Program-made: the position numbers and the translations under genes
Notes under the pieces: generated by a model
The model's input: only the letters and a program-made list of their open reading frames with translations
Databases searched by the model: none
What the model was told of the DNA's origin: nothing
Part shown: piece by piece, positions 56,892 through 64,000 of the stretch
How positions within the stretch are numbered: position 1 is the first letter of the stretch
Layout: each line of letters opens with the position of its first letter
Source of the DNA: Mantamonas sphyraenae STR306
Taxonomy: Eukaryota > Protista > CRuMs
Assembly (NCBI GenBank): GCA_026936335.1
Contig: JAPMXV010000023.1
Span: 62,001-126,000 of the forward strand
Direction: 5' to 3'
DNA length: 64,000 nt

Positions 56892-59800
56892 ATGTCGGAG
56901 GAGGAAGTGCTGATCCTGAAGATTGAGGTGCCGTCGATCCGGTTCCACAAGACGCTGCGCTTCAGCACGTCGATGGATGTGACGGAGGCGTGCGAGTACG
57001 TTCGGCAATCACTCAAGGCAAACACGGGCAACATCGACATGACGGAGTTCTCGCTGTATCTGCCCGACGGCGAGCAACTGCCGTTTGAAAAGAACATCAG
57101 CGAGCTGGGCGTGAAGAACAGGGACACGCTGCTGTTCCGTGCGGAGCCCGTGCCGTTCAAGCTCGTCTTCCAGGACAACAGCTTCACCATGACCCTGGAC
57201 TACCGCACACCCATTGCCTACCTCACCGAGGAACTCAGCGACGAGACAAGCATGTCCATCAAGGACAACGAGTTTGTGGTGATGAGCATTGTGAACAACG
57301 CCCCAGGTGAGTGGCGGGTGCCCAAAAACGAAAAGCCGCTCTCGCGCTCGATGCCTTTTTCCCTCCTCCTCGTGACACAGACCGCGTGGGGGGGGGGGGT
57401 TTCTGGCATGCACGCGCGTGGCCTCACGCACATGCACACATGCGCTGACACATTGTCCGGGCCATATGGCTTTGCTCTCACATGCAGTGTTTCTCGACAT
57501 GGACCGCAGTCTGCACGAGCAGGGCGTCGCGCCCAACTCCAGCCTGATGCTGGTTCCCATGAAGCAGATGCTCTCCACTCACGCGCAGCTCACGGAAAAG
57601 AGTGGCACGCTGCTGTTTCTCAAACACAAAAAGACGTTTCGCAAGCGCCAGGTCGTCCTTACACCGTCAGCCCTGTACTATTTCAAAGCCTCTGACAAGG
57701 TGAGTGAGCGAAAAAGCAGGCGGAGGCTCGCAACGTCAAATGACCAGCGCCGGAGGACGACTTCCCTTTTGCCGCGCACCACGCCGCACACACATCCGCT
57801 GACACAGACAAACCCACACGCACGCATCACGCACATGACCATCTCTGGAACCCGCGCCCCTTTGTTGCACAGGACGTGAGCACAAACGCAGTGCTGTACC
57901 TGCGCTGGTACTCGGTGCGGTTGAGCGAGCCAGTGAGCAGCAAACGCAAGTGGTGCTTCACCGTCCACCACAACGTGAGTGTCCCACACAATCACACACC
58001 AGAGCCCATCGCTCAACAGAGGCATGGACGAGCGCTGTGATGCACAATTGGCGCTGACATCACACACACACACATACACACGCACACACACACCACTTGC
58101 TCTCGCGGCAATTTTCCATTTTTCGTCCAAACAGAACCCTGCGGTGGACGAAGCCGTGGTGTTTTGTGCAGATTCGGAACAGGAGCGTGCGGAGTGGGTG
58201 TCTGCCATTGAGGGGGCGTGCGAACACGCAGGCCAGCTGTCGCAAGACACACAGGTGTTTGGGGCGGATTTGCGCTCGCTGCTGCGACGGGAAAACAGGA
58301 CGGCGTTGGTGCCGAACCTGGTGGAGAAGTGTGTGTTGTACGTGTCTCGCACCCTGGACGCAGAGGGCATCTACAGGCTGTCAGGCAGTGCGTCGGACAT
58401 CAATTCGTACAAAAAGGTGTTTGACCAGGGCGAGGACCCCAAGTTTCCGGACACCATGGAGCCGCACGTGGCTGCAGGTCTGCTCAAGTTGTATCTGCGC
58501 GAGTTGCCCGAGCCGCTGTGCACGTTTGCGCTGTACGAGCCGTTCTGTGCTGCGTTGGGCATTGAGCACAAGCAATCGAAGCTTGCGTACCTGCGGACGC
58601 TGGTGCACTCGCTGCCGCTGGAGTACAAGACGACGCTCCTGTACGTGTGCTTCCACATGCTGCGTGTGGCACAGTACGAGGAGGTGAACAAGATGAGCAT
58701 TCCCAATCTGGCGTCTGTGCTGGCGCCCAATTTGTTGCGAAAGGAGGGCGAGTCGATGTTGCAGCTGCTGTCCAACACGCGCTTCACCAACACCATTGTG
58801 CTGATCTTTCTGAACGAGTTTAAGCAGATCTTCCTGCGCGACCACTTTCCGCTGTACGACGTGCGAGCCAAGTACGACTTTGCCACGTCGGGCGACCTGG
58901 TGGAGTTGCAGTTCAAGAAGGGCGACGTTTTCCCCGTGTACCAAACCCACGCCAGCGGCTGGTGCATCGGCGCCAACCGAGGCAAGGTGGGCATGTTTCC
59001 CATCAATTACGTGGAGGTGCAGGAGGAGACACGCCTTGTGCGCATGCACGTGGTGCTGCTGCAGATGCCCACGCGCACGGACGACGAAGCCGAAGACGAT
59101 GCTCTGGACGACATCCTGGACAAGTGGAGCATGCTGAGCGACTCTGGCATGGCAGCCATCGAATCGCTGGTGCTGGATTGCTGTGAGGACGGCGAGGAGG
59201 TGACCATGACTGTGTTCAACGCCTCTGTCCTCCAACTGATGGGCAATCCGCGCGTGCCAGTGGACAAGATTCTGGCGGCGTTTGCAAAGCAGGGATTGAA
59301 CGTGCGACGTTACCATTACTACGTGGCACAGGCGACGGCGACCACAGAGACGGAGCTGGACACAGTGGCACGCGTGCTCAAGATGAACAACGACATCTTT
59401 GACTACATGCTGGACACCCACAGCATGAAGCTCAAGGTGCGCACGTTGAGTTCCCGCGAGGAATTTCAGGACTACGTGCGCTCCTCGGGTCTCAAAGTGT
59501 ACCTGTGGGGTCCCGACGGGTCGTTGCAGCCGCCGCCCGACGCGCCTGCCCCGCGCACAGCAAACGAGGCCGGCGAGCAGCTGGACAGTGGCAATGGGGC
59601 TGGCGAAAGCCCAGGCGTGGGTGCAAGTGGCGTGGAGGGAGAAGGCGAAGGGGCAGCTTCTGGAGCGGCTGGAGGCGCGGCAGACGGAGGCGAAGGGGAA
59701 GGAACGGCGGCTGGGGCAGGCGAGGAGGAGGCTTCGTCCAAGGCCTTGCTGCAGGAGGAACACTATGTGTGGAGGCTGCCACAGGACGACGTGGACATCG

Positions 59801-61776
59801 ATGTGCTCGGATACACACCCAACACGGTGACCAACAACGGGGGCTTCCAGCGGTCGGGCTCGATGGCCAACATGGCGAGCGGTCTGAAGGGCAAGGGCAA
59901 GGCTGCACAGGGAGCAAACGACGTGGCGAAACAGGGTGCCAACGCGGAGGGTGTGGATGCAGACACAGCCGACGAAGAGGAGCAAACGGATGATGGTGAG
60001 GGTGGTGGTGGGGACGCAGGTGTGTCATCATCATCGTCGTCATCGTCGTCGTCATCTTTGGCATCATCATCATCATCGTCGTCGTCGTCGTCATCCACGT
60101 CACGGGCAAAGAAACCGCCTCGCACAAACAGGGCGTTTGTACAGAATTCGTCGTTTACGCGCAGCTCGATGGTGCGGTTCACCAAACGGTTGTCGCGTGC
60201 CGAGATTGCACAGGGATTGGCGGCGTTGGAGGGAGAGGAACAGCAAGAAGCAGAGGCGGAGGCCATTGGGGAGGAGGAGAAGCAAGTGGAGGAAGTGGAG
60301 ACGGACGAGAAGCAGGCAGAAGGCTCAACCGCCACCGGGGGAGAGGGGGCAGCAGCAACAACAGTGGATGATGATGAAGAAGAGGATGAGCACGAGGAAG
60401 AGGAGGACGAAGAAGAGGAGGTCGAGGTTGAAGGAGATGCAGAAGGGGCAGAAGAGGAGGCAGACGGAGAAATGAGTATGGTGGTGCCTGTGATGAAACT
60501 GCCAATCGACGAGAGGCGCGAGAGGACAGACTCGATGAGCACGAATCCGACCAACGAGTCGTCGGGAGTGTCGACAGAGACATCGGAGGAGGACGAGGAT
60601 GAGGAGGACGGGGAGGCCAAGGAGGGCACAGGAGAGCGTGAACTGAAGGAATTTGGCGACGAAGGGGCGTCTGCGGCAGCGTTGCAAGCGTACCTAAAGA
60701 CAACGTCGCTTGGGGAAGGGATGCAAATGAGTAAGGAAGAGGCTGCCAAGCGCAGGCGATCGCACACGTTCAACCCGCAGGATTTGGCAAACGCAGGATT
60801 GGGTGGAGGGATGCCAGGGGCAAACAAGATGGAACCTGAGGCAACAGGTGAGACGGGGGCCAACAGTGCCGAGAGCCCGACGATGAGTCCGTTGATGGCA
60901 TCGGCAGCAAATGGGAATGCGTCGCCGTCACGAGTGCGCTCGTTGACGACAAGCAGCGCAGGGAAGCGTACTCTGAGTGGGGACTTGCCGTTTAGGAGTG
61001 CGTCGCCGTTGAGAATGGTGACGGACACGGAGATGACACCAGGAGAGGCATCGAACTACCAATTTGTGGCAGTTGTGATGCATGACATTGCACGACGCGC
61101 ACGAGCAGCTGCAAACGGAGGCAAGCAGGGCAATGACAGCAGCAGCAGCAGCAGCAGCAGCAAGAAGAGCAGGAGTACAGACGATGACGAGACACAGCTG
61201 CACTCGGAAGATCCCGGGATGTTGGCGATGCTGACCGAGGTGCAACGGGAGCTGGACAATCTGCAAGCACAGTACGAGAATCGGATCCAGGCGTTGGAAG
61301 ACCAAATCAACGGCGAACGATCATTCCTCTCGCGGGGCAAGAGGGAGGAGAAGTGCGGTACGGATGGGGAGGAGGAGGAGGAGGAGGAGGCAGCAGCGAG
61401 GCAATTGCCAGCCATGTGGTTTACTGCGGTGGCCGACGAACTGGATGATCTGGAGGAACTGAGTGAGGAGCGTGAAGATGTGCTTGCTCGCATTGCAGAT
61501 TTTGAGGACGGGGAGCAGGAGGCAGGCAGCTGTGGCGAGGTGATGCAGGTGATCAGTGAGTATCGCAGCAAGGGGTTGGCGTTGATGGCAGCCAAGGAAG
61601 ATGTGAAGGGCGAGGGGGAGGAGGATGGAGATGAAGAGGAAGAGGAGGCAGATGGAAGTCAAGAGACGCCTGTGGAGGAGGCCGAGGCGAATGATGATGA
61701 GGACCAGGAGGTGGAGGGGGTGGAAGACGGGGGAAAGGCAGCAGATGACGCTGATGGAGATTCAAGCTGGGGCTAA
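56892..61776 (+). CDS. Talin-F0/F1-like + PH + RhoGAP + SH3 protein with long acidic tail; exons 56892-57306, 57488-57699, 57873-57974, 58135-61776 (or 61837)
   Basis: Two ubiquitin-like domains. PH motifs KSGTL..LYYFK..WCF..EWV. RhoGAP motifs EGIYRLSG, KLYLRELPEPL, NKMS..NLA. SH3 motifs AKYDF..ELQFKKGD..GMFPINYV. Three GT-AG introns in phase. Confidence 0.85.
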
Positions 61777-61889
61777 TGCTGCCACTGGTGGCGCCTTTCT
61801 GGCTGACGATGACGACAGCAGCGATGAGGAGGGTTGAGAAAAGGGAGCGCGGGTTGTCAACAAACAAAACAATTCACACGAACAAGCAC

Positions 61890-63340
61890 ATGCGCGGTCA
61901 GCTTTCGTTTGTGTTGTGTGCCGTGGCTGTAGTGGCATTGGTGTGCGCAGGTGTTGCGGAGGGTAGGAGAGGGAGGATGGGAGGGCTGGAGGCCGAGGGT
62001 GGAGTGTCTCCGCGTGTACAGGAGGGTCTGGAGGAGCTGTTGCGGCTCAAGACACTCTGGCGCCTGCGGACGATCCTGACTATTGGAAGGATGTGGAGGC
62101 ATTGATGGAGGAGGCGGTGAAGCAGGGAGTGTCCCCGGGTCTTGTGGCCGTGGTGGGCAAAAAGGGGCTGGGACCCGTGTTTTCCTACGCGGCAGGACAC
62201 TACACGTACGGTGCGGTGCCACCGTACAACAAGGAGAACCCAGCCATGACAGAGGAGACACTGTTTGACCTTGCGTCGCTGTCGAAAATCCTGGCGACGA
62301 CCACGGTGACGGCCAAGTTGTACCAAGAGGGTTTGCTTGCGCTGGACACACGTGTGACAGAGGTGCTCGGGGCCCAGTTTGGCCAGTATGGCAAACAAGA
62401 CATCACTGTGTTGAATCTGCTGTTGCACAACGCCGGCTACCCGCCCGACCCCACACCAGAGTACTGGTCGCCGCAGTTTGGGTGTCCCAACACGAACACG
62501 ACCCACCCGGCCATGGACAACTCGTGCCGAGATCGCATCTACAACGCCCTGTTTACGCAGACGCTGGAGAACCCCGTGGGAAGCACGTATGTGTACTCGG
62601 ACCTGTCCATGATGACAATGGCGTACATTTGCGGCACCGTGATTCGCAGCCACGGCTTGGTGCACGCCAGCGACCTGCTGGAGGGATGTGCAGGCGGTGG
62701 TCCCTCGGACGTGCTGTGCTACTTTGAAGCGTACCTGCGTGTGCATCTGTACAATGGATTTGCAAGCACGGGCTACCTTCCGCCGCTCAGCGATGCGGAC
62801 CTGTGTGCACCGACGGAAAACGACACATCGTACCAGAACAAGCAAATCCAGGGACAGGTGAGCGATGGCAACGCATACGCGTCGGGAGGCATCCAGGGTC
62901 ATGCGGGTCTGTTTTCCAACGCCAAGGAGGCGCACGCCATTGTATCCACCGTGTGGACGGCATGGTACGACACAAACCTGCTGCTCAACGCCACCACAGT
63001 GGATCTGTTCCGCAAACAGTACGACAACTCGTCGTCGCGTGCGCTGGGCTGGAACACAAACGCAAACCAGTTTGACCAGGGTTGGAACCATTCGTGTGGC
63101 TCCCTCTCGCCACGCACATACATGCACCTGGGCTACACGGGCACCCAGATCTGTGTCGATCCCGACCGTGAGGCGTACACCCTGCTGTTCACAAACCGCG
63201 TGTATCCCACGGCGGACAACATCAAGATTCGAGCATTCCGCCAGCAGTTTAACGATCTCTGCCAGAAGAAGATTGACGCGTTCCCGCCGCACGGGGACGT
63301 GGAAGAGATGTCTCGCAGTCGCCATGGCCAAGGAGGATGA
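61890..63340 (+). CDS. Secreted serine beta-lactamase-like hydrolase (AmpC/EstB/AmiE-like); the signal-peptide part joins via a 59-nt intron 61963-62021 or a 1-nt indel
   Basis: Signal peptide MRGQLSFVLCAVAVVALV. FDLASLSK (SxxK), LLLHNAG, YVYSD, GQVSDGNA..GG..GHAGLFS, HLGYTGT, LFTNRVYP. Confidence 0.85.
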
Positions 63341-63361
63341 GTGGGGATCTTCATTCGCCTC

Positions 63362-64000
63362 TCACGCCCGATTCGAATACACTTGGAATGCTTCCTCCTC
63401 CTGCTCCTCCTCGTCTTCGTCCAGCTCCTGGAATTGCTCGAGCTGGTCCTCGCCCATGCCGCGCTGTACCTCACGGGAGTGACGGGGAGTGATGCGGAAC
63501 CAGCCGCGGCGGCGAAGGAAAACAACGCCTGCGACGAGGGCAAGGCCTGCACCGCCGATGCCAAAGCCAATCTCCATGTCTTGGATGGCCTTGGCCTGTG
63601 CCTGTCGCTTGGCCTCTGTGGCAGCGTCGTCGTTGGCGGCAGAGGAGGCCGGAGAGGTCGGGCTGGGCGTGGGACTGTTGTCAGGATTCTTTGGGTCGAC
63701 AGTGTAGCAATTGAAGAGCGGGAGGCCTGTGCACTGTGTGACGACGTCTGCGCACACAGCCTTGTAGCGCAGACACTGGGAGAGGCACATGGGCAGATCC
63801 TGGCCGTTCTGGCACTTGGGAATGGAGCGGCCGCAATGAAGGCCTCAAACTCGGCGGAGGAGCAGCCACTGGCTGTCTTTGCGGCGCCGACGGTGGCGTC
63901 GATGGCCTGTGCCTGGAGAGGGTTGATGGTCGTTGAGTACCCGAGCATGGTGCAGGTCTGCAGGTTTGTGGGCAGCGCACGACATTGGGGTGTGGGGGTG
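63362..64000 (-). CDS. 5'-partial single-pass membrane protein with Frizzled-CRD-like Cys-rich ectodomain; apparent frameshift at ~63835
   Basis: QCRALP..CTMLGY..GC..FEAFI / CGRSIPKC..LPMCLSQC...C..C..NC, Pro/Ser/Thr stalk, TM GFGIGGAGLALVAGVVFL, RRR stop-transfer, acidic tail. Confidence 0.6.

Noticed and set aside
1-64000. Alternative genetic code or selenocysteine
   Set aside because: TAA, TAG and TGA all end conserved proteins at expected positions, and no conserved domain has an in-frame stop.

Overview
Nuclear DNA of a very compact, GC-rich unicellular eukaryote. It is probably a flagellated, phagotrophic protist: it has an SCLT1 centriole protein, several Rho regulators, HPS1 and a secreted bacterial-type hydrolase. 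The lineage cannot be fixed from this window. I reconstruct 30 protein-coding genes in 64 kb, with short GT-AG introns (about 60-460 nt, often (CA)n/(TG)n-rich with CTRAC branch points) and gene spacers of only 15-190 bp. Recognisable genes: FIG4, VLCAD/ACAD9, OGDH, HPS1, NSA2, a BLM-like RecQ, AMP deaminase, ABCG, CMC1, WRNIP1, AGXT, a BAR-RhoGAP, CISD3, NDUFA13, SLC35F1/2, a MAPR, MRPL46, a DH-PH RhoGEF, SKI3/TTC37, SCLT1 and a serine beta-lactamase-like hydrolase. No tRNA, rRNA, CRISPR or transposon was evident. Best leads: (1) a His/Asp NAU-codon-rich uORF overlapping the start of the SLC35F2-type (queuine transporter family) gene, which could equally be an assembly indel; (2) a protist gustatory-receptor-like (7TMIC) channel; (3) a talin-F0F1/PH/RhoGAP/SH3 fusion; (4) a CCCH-zinc-finger fused to a bacterial-type EEP nuclease; (5) alternating ~10-kb G/C-skew domains independent of gene direction; (6) possible bi/polycistronic gene runs. 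Several apparent 1-nt frameshifts at short homopolymers suggest residual assembly errors. Family calls come from motif recall, not database searches.
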